A program made the translations under genes and the position numbers. A stretch of 64,000 bases of DNA, from positions 1,623-65,622 of the forward strand of contig JBHIXX010000007.1 in NCBI GenBank assembly GCA_041984585.1. Direction: 5' to 3'. Shown here one piece after another: positions 20,723 through 28,945 of the stretch. Within the stretch, counting starts at the first letter, position 1. The number at the start of each line of letters is the position of its first letter. Below the pieces are notes generated by a model that saw nothing but the letters and a program-made list of their open reading frames with translations, did not search any database and was not told the DNA's origin. This stretch comes from Pseudolysinimonas sp. (GTDB lineage Bacteria; Actinomycetota; Actinomycetes; Actinomycetales; Microbacteriaceae).

Positions 20723-21763
20723 TCAGGCGCCCGGGCGGGGGATCTCCAGCCAGAGGTCGATCTCGTCGTCGTCGCCCGACGGTCCGAGGGCGCTGGCGCT
20801 GCCGTCCTCCGACGTGCGCAGGCCGACGACGGTGATCGCCACGTCGGAGCCCTCCGGCACCGTGCGCACGATGATCTTGTCGGCGGAGCTGCCGCGCAGC
20901 GCCTCGGCGAGCCGGTCGAGCGCCGCCTCGAGGTCGTCGGGCTCGAGGTCGTCGACGCCGCCCTCGTCGAGCAGCGTGACCGTGGTGCCGCGGCGCCGCG
21001 CGAGCATCACCTGCTCGCGCACGGCGTCGTTGAGCAACCGGCGGCCGCGGATCTCGTCGCGGATGGCGCTCTCCAGGTGCAGACACTCGGCCCGCTGCGC
21101 CGGAGTGAGGTCGCCCCCGGTCTGCTCGATGGTGCGCAGCATCGGCAGCGCCATCACCGAGGTCTGCCCGAGCCGGAACTGGCGCTCGTTGAGGTGCGCC
21201 TCCTGCGCCGCCTGCCACTCGGTGGCCTCCCGCTCGGCGGAGGCGAACCGCTGCGAGTCGCGCACCGCCTTGGCGAGCGCGTTGGTCAGCAGGTGCGCGA
21301 TCGCCACCCAGCCGACGCTGCCCACGACGCCGATCGCGACGACCGCGAACGGGCCCGCCCAGAGCACGGTGTGCACGACGAGGAAGCCGATCGAGGTCCA
21401 GGCGTAGCCGGGCCGGCCGCGCACCGCGGCGATCGTGGCGAGCGTGCCGACCGCGGCGACATACCAGGTGGCGTAGCCGTTGCCGCCCTCGCGGGCGGGG
21501 TCGAGGGTGGTGGTCACCAGCAGCGGCACGGTCACCGAGACGGCGACGGCGAACACCCCGAGCCAGATCGGCATCCGCGGCCGACCGTCGGGGATGAGCA
21601 CCGCCACGGTCGCGATGCCGTAGACGACCATCGCGGCGATCACCCGCCCGGCATCCGACGTGTAGTCGAACTGCAGCGAGTAGAGCCCGAGCAGCACGTG
21701 GTAGCCGGAGAACAGCGCGGCGATCGTGACGATGAACGCGCGCGGGATGCGGCGGGGCCTCAT
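20723..21763 (-). CDS. membrane protein of unknown function, translationally coupled to the upstream histidine kinase (possible degenerate kinase-like partner)
   Basis: 346-aa ORF with about 5-6 N-terminal TM helices, then a charged helical region and a soluble tail with no recognisable ATP-binding boxes. ATGA overlap with the kinase stop at 21760-21763. Confidence 0.6.
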   Translation of the reverse strand: MRPRRIPRAFIVTIAALFSGYHVLLGLYSLQFDYTSDAGRVIAAMVVYGIATVAVLIPDGRPRMPIWLGVFAVAVSVTVPLLVTTTLDPAREGGNGYATWYVAAVGTLATIAAVRGRPGYAWTSIGFLVVHTVLWAGPFAVVAIGVVGSVGWVAIAHLLTNALAKAVRDSQRFASAEREATEWQAAQEAHLNERQFRLGQTSVMALPMLRTIEQTGGDLTPAQRAECLHLESAIRDEIRGRRLLNDAVREQVMLARRRGTTVTLLDEGGVDDLEPDDLEAALDRLAEALRGSSADKIIVRTVPEGSDVAITVVGLRTSEDGSASALGPSGDDDEIDLWLEIPRPGA

Positions 21764-22980
21764 GGCGTCGCCTCCGTCACGCCGGCGTCGAGCTCCGGCT
21801 CGGCCGGCGGATCGGGGTCGGGCCAGAGCAGGGTGACGCGGGTCCCCTCCCCGGGCGCGGAGTCGATGGTGGCGACGCCGCCCGCCGTGGCGAGCCGCTC
21901 GAGGATCGACACCCGCACCCCGAGTCGCGCGGTCGGCACCGCGGCGGGGTCGAAGCCCTGCCCGTCGTCGGAGACGACCACCCGGATGGCGTCGGCCGAC
22001 GACGCGATCTCGACCCGTCGGCGCACGTCGGCGCCGCCCGCGTGCTGCAGGCTGTTGATCATCGCCTGCACGGTGGCCGAGTAGACGGCCTCGGCCGCCG
22101 GGAAGGGCAGCTGCAGCCGACCCGCGCCGGTCGAGGTGACCCGCACCGGCGGTGTCAGGTCGGCCGCCGCCTCGGCGATCCGACCGGCCACCACGCTGTC
22201 GCGCACGGTGACGTCGGAGTCGGGCGCCGCGGCCACGGCGTCACGCAGGAAGCCGATCGCGTTGCCGGCCATCGTCGCGGCGAGCGTCTTCGCCTCGGCC
22301 GTGTACGCCCGTGCCGCGGAGAGCAGCGTGGTGAGCACGCTGTCGTGCACGATGGCGTCGACCTGCACCCGCTCGGCGTCGATGGCGTGCTGGCGCACCG
22401 CGTGCGAGTAGCGCTCGAGGGCGTTCTGCTGGGCGGTGTCCACCCCGACCGCGGCGCCGCGGATGACGACGATCATGATCAGGATCGCGCCGCCGAGCAG
22501 GATCGAATACACCGAGTCGAGCAGCGCCAGCAGCGGATCGGAGCCGCCCCCGGCAGGGGTGATCCGGATGGCGCCGTAGATCAGCGGGACCACGGCGTTG
22601 AAGGCGACGGCGGGCCAGAACGGCAGCGCGTAGGCGGCCTTCGTGGTCGCGATGGTGACGAGGAAGTAGAGCCAGTAGCTCGACGACGACTGCGATTCGA
22701 CGCTCGCGATGGCGAACGGCCAGCTCAGCAGCGCCACGACGAAGAAGCCCGCGAACACGAGGAACGCGGGCCGCACCAGCCGACCGCTGAACGCCGCGAC
22801 CAGGTCGACCAGCAGCAGGAGCATGAACCCGCCGGCGATCGTCCACACCCAGATCGGGTTCATGTTCGGCAGCTGCTCGAGCTGCAGCGGCACCGACTGC
22901 AGGAAGAACACCACACCGATCACCGCCGCCAACCGGGCGATGGCCGAGTCGACCCGCAGCAGGCTCAGCGGGTTCCGCAC
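21760..22980 (-). CDS. sensor histidine kinase (HisKA_3/NarL-partner type, multi-TM N-terminus)
   Basis: H-box-like ERVQVDAIVHDSVLTTLL, N-box-like QAMINSLQHAG, and DDGQGFD...LGVRVSILERLATAGG...GEGTRVTLLWP. Confidence 0.8.
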   Translation of the reverse strand: MRNPLSLLRVDSAIARLAAVIGVVFFLQSVPLQLEQLPNMNPIWVWTIAGGFMLLLLVDLVAAFSGRLVRPAFLVFAGFFVVALLSWPFAIASVESQSSSSYWLYFLVTIATTKAAYALPFWPAVAFNAVVPLIYGAIRITPAGGGSDPLLALLDSVYSILLGGAILIMIVVIRGAAVGVDTAQQNALERYSHAVRQHAIDAERVQVDAIVHDSVLTTLLSAARAYTAEAKTLAATMAGNAIGFLRDAVAAAPDSDVTVRDSVVAGRIAEAAADLTPPVRVTSTGAGRLQLPFPAAEAVYSATVQAMINSLQHAGGADVRRRVEIASSADAIRVVVSDDGQGFDPAAVPTARLGVRVSILERLATAGGVATIDSAPGEGTRVTLLWPDPDPPAEPELDAGVTEATP

Positions 22981-23008
22981 CGCCCGCGACGGCGATGCGG
23001 CGGTGGCG

Positions 23009-23701
23009 CTAATGGCCCGTGCCGTCGGGATCGAGACCCGGCAGGATGCCGTCCTCCACCGCCCGGCGGAGGAGATCCACCTTGGTGGGCGCGGGGCGCC
23101 CGACCTCGACGTACTTCACGCGGATGCGGTCGAGGTACTCCCGCGCCGTCGAGTACCCGATGCCGAGCTGCTCGGCAGCCAGCTTGAGCGGGAGCCCGGA
23201 GGCGTAGAGGTGGAGGATCTCGCGTTCCCGGCGCCCCAGCTGCGCCTTGGCGAAGTCGCGATCGGCGTCGATCGCGCTCGCCCACTCGAGGTTGTTGAGC
23301 ACCTCGCCGCGGGCGACGGTGGCGGCCGCGGCGATGACGGTGCTCGTCGCGGAGGACTTGGGGATGACACCGGCGGCGCCGGCGGCGAGCGCCTCGCGCA
23401 CGAGGGCGACGCGGTCGGCGATGCTGTGCACCAGCACGGCGGCCCCGGCGGCCTGCACCCGTTTGACGTTGTCGGTGACGCTCGACCCGTCGCCGAGCGA
23501 GAGGTCGAGCACGACGACGTCGACCTCGCGGCCCGCGAGCGCGTCGAGCAGGTCGGAGACGGTCGGCGCGACCTCGACGACGTCGAAGCCCTCGTCGGAG
23601 AACGCCGCCTTCAGCCCGAGCCGCACCGACTCGTGGTCGTCGACGACCGCGACGCTCAGCGTCGTGGCGTCCGAGGGCCGCTCCACCTGCGACACAGCCA
23701 T
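23009..23701 (-). CDS. LuxR/NarL-family response regulator
   Basis: Receiver domain (VAVVDDHESVRLGL...VVVLDLSLGDG) plus a C-terminal LuxR HTH (LGRREREILHLYASGLPLKLAAEQLGIGYSTAREYL). Confidence 0.9.
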   Translation of the reverse strand: MAVSQVERPSDATTLSVAVVDDHESVRLGLKAAFSDEGFDVVEVAPTVSDLLDALAGREVDVVVLDLSLGDGSSVTDNVKRVQAAGAAVLVHSIADRVALVREALAAGAAGVIPKSSATSTVIAAAATVARGEVLNNLEWASAIDADRDFAKAQLGRREREILHLYASGLPLKLAAEQLGIGYSTAREYLDRIRVKYVEVGRPAPTKVDLLRRAVEDGILPGLDPDGTGH

Positions 23702-23759
23702 CCGTTTCTCTCCCAGCCCCGGGCGGGCGGAGAGCCCGCTCAGTCCGATTCCGGGAAGT

Positions 23760-25019
23760 CTACCGCCCGGGCCCGCCGTCGCGGCGGAACGCGGCCACCG
23801 CTTCGACGTGGTGCGTGCCGGGGAACAGGTCGAGTGCGCGCAGGGTCGTCAGCTCGTAGCCGTGCCCGGCGAGGAGCGCCGCGTCGCGGGCGAGCGCGAC
23901 CGGGTCGCAGGCCACGTAGACGACGGATGCGGGCCCCGCCGACGCGATCGCGTCGACCACGGCGCGCCCCGCCCCCGAGCGCGGCGGATCGAGCACGACG
24001 GTCGCCGCGCGCAGGCGGGCTCGCTCGGCGGCGCTCGCATCGGCGAGGCCGCCGACCCAGCGCTCGACCCGGGCGGTGACGGCGCGCGCCCCGACCCAGT
24101 CGGCGAGGTTCTCGGCCGCGTGCTCGGTGGCCCGCGCGTCGGACTCGACCGTCGTGATGCGGGTGGCGGGGCCGAAGCGGTCGCCGACGGCGGCGGCGAG
24201 CAGGCCGACGCCGCCGTAGAGGTCGAGGTTCGCGGCGCCGGGGTCGAAGGCATCCGGGTCGATCGCGCCGACCACCGCCTCGGAGAGCGCGGCGGGGGCG
24301 GCGGCGTGCACCTGCCAGAACCCGGTGTCGTCGACGCGGAACTCGCGCTCGCCGACCCGCTCGCGGATGACGGTGGGCTGCTGCGCGTCGATCACCAGCC
24401 GGGCGCCGTCGCCCACGCTCGGGGCGAGCACCTGCACGCTCGCGGCCCCCGGCATCCGGTCGCCGAGGGGCGCCAGGTCGCGCACCGCCGCGACGGCGAG
24501 CGGCAGGTCGGCCACGGGGACGACACGCCGCGAGCGCGCGGCGTAGGGGCCCACGCGGCCGTCGGCGTCGATGTGCAGCCGCTCGCGGGTGCGCCATCCG
24601 GTGCCGTCGGCCGGGCCGGGTAGGGCGTCCACCGTCACCTCGCGGCGGAGCCCCGCCATCCGGTCGAGCGCCTCGGCGAGCACGCGCGCCTTCAGCTCGC
24701 GCTGGTGGGCGAGGGAGATGTGGCCGAAGTCGGCGCCGCCCGGGCGCTCGTCGGGGTCACGGGCGACGTCGGCCTCCGGCCAGACGTGGGGCACGCGGTG
24801 CGGGCTCGGCTCGAGCACCCGCACGGTCGTGGCGCGCCAGAACCGCGGCTTGGAATCGTCGACGATGCGGGCCAGCACCCGCTCGCCCGGGATGGCGTCG
24901 GCCACGAACACGACCCGCCCGTCGAGCCGGGCCACCGAGATGCCGCCGTGCGCGATGTTGGTAGCGTCGAGTTCGACCTCGCGGCCGCGCATCGCGCCCT
25001 CGCCGCTCTCTCCGCCCAT
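23760..25019 (-). CDS. class I SAM-dependent RNA methyltransferase (TrmA/RlmD-like with N-terminal TRAM-like domain)
   Basis: GGISVARLDGRVVFVADAIPGERV (TRAM-like), FWQVH, DLYGGVGLL (SAM motif I), VLDPPRSGAG, and YVACDP...FPGTHHVE. I prefer the start at 25019 because a TAGACT box lies 7 nt upstream. The ATG at 24992 is the alternative. Confidence 0.8.
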   Translation of the reverse strand: MGGESGEGAMRGREVELDATNIAHGGISVARLDGRVVFVADAIPGERVLARIVDDSKPRFWRATTVRVLEPSPHRVPHVWPEADVARDPDERPGGADFGHISLAHQRELKARVLAEALDRMAGLRREVTVDALPGPADGTGWRTRERLHIDADGRVGPYAARSRRVVPVADLPLAVAAVRDLAPLGDRMPGAASVQVLAPSVGDGARLVIDAQQPTVIRERVGEREFRVDDTGFWQVHAAAPAALSEAVVGAIDPDAFDPGAANLDLYGGVGLLAAAVGDRFGPATRITTVESDARATEHAAENLADWVGARAVTARVERWVGGLADASAAERARLRAATVVLDPPRSGAGRAVVDAIASAGPASVVYVACDPVALARDAALLAGHGYELTTLRALDLFPGTHHVEAVAAFRRDGGPGR

Positions 25020-25041
25020 TCCGCCGAGTCTAGGAGCGCCC

Positions 25042-25671
25042 GTGGCGCCGGTCCGCCTGTACCTCGCGTCGACGTCGCCCGCCCGCCTCGCGACGCTGCG
25101 CGCCGCCGGCGTCGAGCCGGTCGCCATCGCCCCCGGCGTGGATGAAGAGGCCGCGGTGGCCGCCGCCGGGCCGCTGAGCCCCGACGCCATGGTGCTGCTG
25201 CTGGCCCGACTCAAGGCGGAGGCGGTGGTCGAGTCCCGCGACGACCTCGACGGGCTCGTGTTCGGCGGCGACTCCGCGTTCGAGCTCGACGGCGCCGTCT
25301 ACGGCAAGCCGCACCGGCCCGAGGTGGCGCGGGAGCGCTGGCGGGCGCAGCGGGGTCGCGCCGGCACGCTGCACTCCGGGCACTGGCTGATCGACGCGCG
25401 CGCCGACGGAACGGGGGCGGCGGTCGGCGTCGCGACGTCGGCCCGGGTCGAGTTCGCCGACGACGTCGACGACGCCGAGATCGAGGCCTACCTCGCCACC
25501 GGCGAGCCGCTCGAGGTCGCCGGGGCGTTCACCATCGACGGCCGCGGCGCCGCGTTCATCTCGCGCATCGAGGGCGACCCGCACACCGTCGTCGGGCTCA
25601 GCATCCCGGCGCTCCGCGTGCTCGTGCGCGACCTCGGCGTGGCCTGGACCGACCTCTGGAACCGGCCCTGA
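25042..25671 (+). CDS. maf: Maf-like nucleoside triphosphate pyrophosphatase
   Basis: [15 protein letters not shown]-terminus and [28 protein letters not shown]-terminus. GTG at 25042 preceded by AGGAG. Confidence 0.85.
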   Translation: MAPVRLYLASTSPARLATLRAAGVEPVAIAPGVDEEAAVAAAGPLSPDAMVLLLARLKAEAVVESRDDLDGLVFGGDSAFELDGAVYGKPHRPEVARERWRAQRGRAGTLHSGHWLIDARADGTGAAVGVATSARVEFADDVDDAEIEAYLATGEPLEVAGAFTIDGRGAAFISRIEGDPHTVVGLSIPALRVLVRDLGVAWTDLWNRP

Positions 25672-25813
25672 CGGCATCCGGTCGCATGTCGGCCCCCGAG
25701 ACGGCGCCGATCGGGCGACTCGCGGGGTTGTGGGTTCCCCAGCAGCCGCGCGCGGGGTTTCTGTCCCGCCCGGACAACCGGGGCCACCCCGCCGACCCCT
25801 AGGCTCGAAGACT

Positions 25814-27577
25814 ATGGCCCCCCGCATCTCCAAGGTCCTGATCGCCAATCGCGGGGAGATCGCCGTCCGCGTCATCCGCGCCGCGCGGGATGCGGGCATC
25901 GGCTCCGTCGCGGTCTACGCCGATCAGGACCGCGACGCGCGCCACGTGCGCCTCGCCGACGAGGCCTACGCGCTCGAGGGCGAGACCAGCGCCGAGACCT
26001 ACCTGGTCATCGACAAGCTGCTCTCGGTGGCGCGCCGCTCGGGCGCCGACGCCGTGCACCCGGGCTACGGCTTCCTCGCCGAGAACGCCGACTTCGCCCG
26101 CGCCGTCATCGACGCCGGGCTCATCTGGATCGGACCGAGCCCCGAGGCGATCGAGCGACTGGGCGACAAGGTGTCGGCCCGGCACGTCGCCGAGAAGGTC
26201 GGGGCGCCGCTCGCCCCCGGCACCCTGGAGCCGGTGACGGGCGCCGACGAGGTGCTCGCCTTCGCCGACGAGGTGGGACTGCCGGTCGCGATCAAGGCCG
26301 CGTTCGGCGGCGGCGGCCGCGGCCTCAAGGTGGCCCGCACGCGCGAGGAGATCCCCGAGCTCTACGAGTCGGCCGTGCGCGAGGCGACCGCGGCGTTCGG
26401 CCGCGGCGAGTGCTTCGTCGAGAAGTACCTCGACGAGCCGCGCCACGTCGAGACCCAGTGCCTGGCCGACTCCGCCGGCACCGTCATCGTCGTCTCGACG
26501 CGCGACTGCTCGCTGCAGCGCCGCCACCAGAAGCTCGTCGAGGAGGCGCCGGCGCCGTTCCTCACCGACGAGCAGCGCGACCTGCTCTACAGCTCGAGCA
26601 AGGCGATCCTCAAGGAGGTCGGCTACCTCGGCGCGGGCACCTGCGAGTTCCTCATCGGCAAGGACGGCACCGTGTCGTTCCTCGAGGTCAACACCCGCCT
26701 GCAGGTGGAGCACCCGGTCTCGGAGGAGGTCACCGGGATGGACCTCGTGCGCGAGCAGTTCCGCATCGCCGAGGGCGGCCTGCTCGACGACGTCGACCCC
26801 GAGAACCACGGCCACTCGATCGAGTTCCGCATCAACGGCGAGGACCCGGGCCGCAACTTCCTGCCGACGCCCGGACCGGTGCAGGTGCTGCGCTTCCCCG
26901 GCGGCCCCGGCGTGCGCGTCGACTCCGGCGTCACCACCGGCGACGTCATTTCGGGCGCGTTCGACTCGCTGCTGGCGAAGCTGATCGTGACCGGCCACTC
27001 GCGCGAGGACGCCATGGAGCGCGCGCGCCGTGCGCTCGACGAGTTCGAGGTCGCGGGCCTGCCGACGGTGCTGCCGTTCCACCGCAAGATCGTGCGCGAC
27101 CCGGCGTTCACCGCCGAGAACGGCGAGTTCGGCGTCTACACCCGGTGGATCGAGACCGACTTCGACAACGACCTCGAGCCCTGGGGCGGCATGTTCCCCG
27201 AGGTCGCGCCCGCCGAGAAGCGGCACAGCGTCGTCGTCGAGGTGGAGGGCAAGCGCGTCACGGTGTCGCTGCCCACCAACCTGCTGCCGTCGACCGGCTC
27301 GGTCTCGGCCGCTCCCCCGCCGAAGCGCCGCGCCGCGGGCAGCTCGACGGTCGCGACGACGGGCGACGCGCTCACGGCGCCGATGCAGGCCACGGTCGTG
27401 AAGGTGTCGGTCGAGGAGGGTGCCAAGGTCGTCAAGGGCGACCTCGTGCTCGTGCTCGAGGCGATGAAGATGGAGCAGCCGATCACCGCCCACCGCGACG
27501 GGATCGTCGCCGGGCTCGACGCGCCGATCGGCACGACCGTGTCGGCCGGTCACCGGCTGCTGCTCATCCAGGACTGA
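25814..27577 (+). CDS. accA: acetyl/propionyl-CoA carboxylase alpha subunit (biotin carboxylase plus BCCP)
   Basis: [17 protein letters not shown]..., an ATP-grasp body, and the C-terminal biotinyl motif EAMKME. Confidence 0.95.
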   Translation: MAPRISKVLIANRGEIAVRVIRAARDAGIGSVAVYADQDRDARHVRLADEAYALEGETSAETYLVIDKLLSVARRSGADAVHPGYGFLAENADFARAVIDAGLIWIGPSPEAIERLGDKVSARHVAEKVGAPLAPGTLEPVTGADEVLAFADEVGLPVAIKAAFGGGGRGLKVARTREEIPELYESAVREATAAFGRGECFVEKYLDEPRHVETQCLADSAGTVIVVSTRDCSLQRRHQKLVEEAPAPFLTDEQRDLLYSSSKAILKEVGYLGAGTCEFLIGKDGTVSFLEVNTRLQVEHPVSEEVTGMDLVREQFRIAEGGLLDDVDPENHGHSIEFRINGEDPGRNFLPTPGPVQVLRFPGGPGVRVDSGVTTGDVISGAFDSLLAKLIVTGHSREDAMERARRALDEFEVAGLPTVLPFHRKIVRDPAFTAENGEFGVYTRWIETDFDNDLEPWGGMFPEVAPAEKRHSVVVEVEGKRVTVSLPTNLLPSTGSVSAAPPPKRRAAGSSTVATTGDALTAPMQATVVKVSVEEGAKVVKGDLVLVLEAMKMEQPITAHRDGIVAGLDAPIGTTVSAGHRLLLIQD

Positions 27578-27580
27578 CCG

Positions 27581-27600
27581 CTCGCGGCATCCGCCGCGAG
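27581..27600 (+). terminator. stem-loop after accA (CTCGCGGC-ATCC-GCCGCGAG)
   Basis: 8-bp perfect stem with a 4-nt loop, starting 4 nt after the stop codon. Confidence 0.6.
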
Positions 27601-27626
27601 GACCGTCCCGGCGCGGGCGCCCGGCC

Positions 27627-27646
27627 GCCCCTCCGTTTCTCAGGAG
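27627..27646 (+). repeat. copy A of a short hairpin repeat (GCCCCTCCGTTTCTCAGGAG)
   Basis: About 17-18 of 20 nt match the two arms at 28736 and 28820, with one indel. It overlaps the DUF559 stop codon. Confidence 0.6.
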
Positions 27647-28572
27647 CCGACGGTGCGGGTGTGACGAATGTCTCGCATTGGTACCGGCGGGCCGGTCTCG
27701 CCGGCGGGATCTCCTGAGTGCTGAGCGAGGGCCGCCACGACGCGCGACGCGCACCAGGCCCAGTCGGTCACGATCCGGTCGTAGCTGAGTCGGATGACGG
27801 CGTACCCGCGCGCGACCAGCTCGGCATCGCGCCGGCGATCCTCGTCGAACGCCGCGGGCCCGCGATGGAATCCGGCGCCGTCGACCTCGATCACGAGGCG
27901 CCCGACCACCATGTCGACCCGGCCGACCCCGGCGATCGCGACCTGCTGACGCGGCGCGAGTCCCAGCGCCCCGAGCCGCTGGCGCACGATCGACTCGAGA
28001 CCGGACTGACTCCCTTCCCGAACGGCCAGCGAGCGCACCCGCGCCAGTGCGTCGGCGTCCTCGAGCTCGCGCCGGAGTGCGGAGAGCGGCATCCCCGCCC
28101 CGACCGCGCTGTCGAGACAGGCGATCGCCGTCTCCCGATCCGCCCAGGCAGCCACCTGACGGAGCGCATCGCCGAGGCCGACACGCCAGCACTCCCGGTG
28201 CGGGGCGGTGGGGATCCAGTGCACGATGATCCGCCGGTCCGCGATGTCGGGCCGCCGAGCGTCCCCGACGCCCACGGTGCGCAGGCGCGAGGCGTGGGGC
28301 GGCACCGCGATGTGCAGTTCGTCCCCGTGCCCGGACCAGAGTCCGTGGCTCCCGGCGGCGCTGAGACCGCACAGTCGCCCGCCTACGCGCACCGCGAGGA
28401 TCCCGTCGACGCTCGCATCCGGGCTCGCGTAGTGCGCGCGGCGGACCCGACGGATCTCGCCTCGGCGGACGGCGGAGGCGATGTCGCCACCGTCGACTCC
28501 CCGGCCGAGGATCTGACGGCGCGTGGCGATGCCGCCGAACGAGCGACAGACCGGGGCGACGGCGCGGTGCAT
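27640..28572 (-). CDS. DUF559/endonuclease-like protein with AbiEi-type N-terminal domain
   Basis: The N-terminal ATRRQILGRGVDGGDIASAVRRGEIRRVRRAHYA resembles AbiEi_4-type wHTH domains. The C-terminal GRLVIEVDGAGFHRGPAAFDEDRRRDAELVARGYAVIRLSYDRI is the DUF559 (Vsr-like) signature. ATG at 28572 preceded by GGGGAGGA. Confidence 0.75.
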   Translation of the reverse strand: MHRAVAPVCRSFGGIATRRQILGRGVDGGDIASAVRRGEIRRVRRAHYASPDASVDGILAVRVGGRLCGLSAAGSHGLWSGHGDELHIAVPPHASRLRTVGVGDARRPDIADRRIIVHWIPTAPHRECWRVGLGDALRQVAAWADRETAIACLDSAVGAGMPLSALRRELEDADALARVRSLAVREGSQSGLESIVRQRLGALGLAPRQQVAIAGVGRVDMVVGRLVIEVDGAGFHRGPAAFDEDRRRDAELVARGYAVIRLSYDRIVTDWAWCASRVVAALAQHSGDPAGETGPPVPMRDIRHTRTVGS

Positions 28573-28735
28573 CCCGGCATCCTCCCCGGACGGGTGACCG
28601 CGTGGGCCCCGCTGACGCGCCCGGGGAGTCAGCGCGGCGCCGCCCCATGGGGACGATCGGAGACCGCCCGCGCACGACCTCGCGAGCCTCGCTCCCGGTG
28701 CACGAGTCGAGCCTCGCTGGTGTAGAGGGGTCGGG

Positions 28736-28839
28736 CCTCCCTCCGTGTACAGGAGATCCGGGGGCGGATCCGGGGATATGAGCCCCACCCGCCCCTCCCT
28801 TCGACTCCAGCCCCGCAAACTCCTGAAAACGGAGGGAGG
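28736..28839. repeat. 104-nt element closed by 20-nt inverted repeats (copies B and C of the hairpin repeat)
   Basis: CCTCCCTCCGTGTACAGGAG at 28736..28755 matches the reverse complement of 28820..28839 (CCTCCCTCCGTTTTCAGGAG) at 18/20 positions. The interior carries the direct repeat GATCCGGGG twice (28755 and 28767). Confidence 0.7.
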
Positions 28840-28880
28840 GGAGGGTTCGCCGGCTCCGCACGCGGGCCGCCGCCGCATCG

Positions 28881-28944
28881 CGGGGCGGGGCGAGGCGAGA
28901 CGAGGCGAGGCGAGGCGAGGCGGGGCGAGGCGGGGCGGCGGGCG
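28881..28944. repeat. hexanucleotide microsatellite (CGRGGC)n, about 10 units
   Basis: The tract cggggcggggcgaggcgagacgaggcgaggcgaggcgaggcggggcgaggcggggcggcgggcg lies immediately 3' of the lpdA-like stop codon. Confidence 0.8.
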
Positions 28945-28945
28945 T

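Noticed and set aside
27640-28572. The DUF559/AbiEi-like gene considered as a type IV toxin-antitoxin (AbiE) defence system.
   Set aside because: No AbiEii-type nucleotidyltransferase toxin gene lies next to it. The protein is the common stand-alone AbiEi-N plus DUF559 fusion, so a functional TA pair cannot be supported from this window.
25799-28861. A 1020-aa minus-strand ORF spanning accA and the DUF559 region.
   Set aside because: It is Arg/Pro/Gly-rich junk antisense to the biotin carboxylase. Only its last ~310 codons (27640..28572) look like a real protein, the DUF559 gene.
28881-28944. The tandem repeat considered as a possible CRISPR array.
   Set aside because: The unit is only 6 nt, there are no spacers, and no cas genes are present. 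It is a microsatellite.
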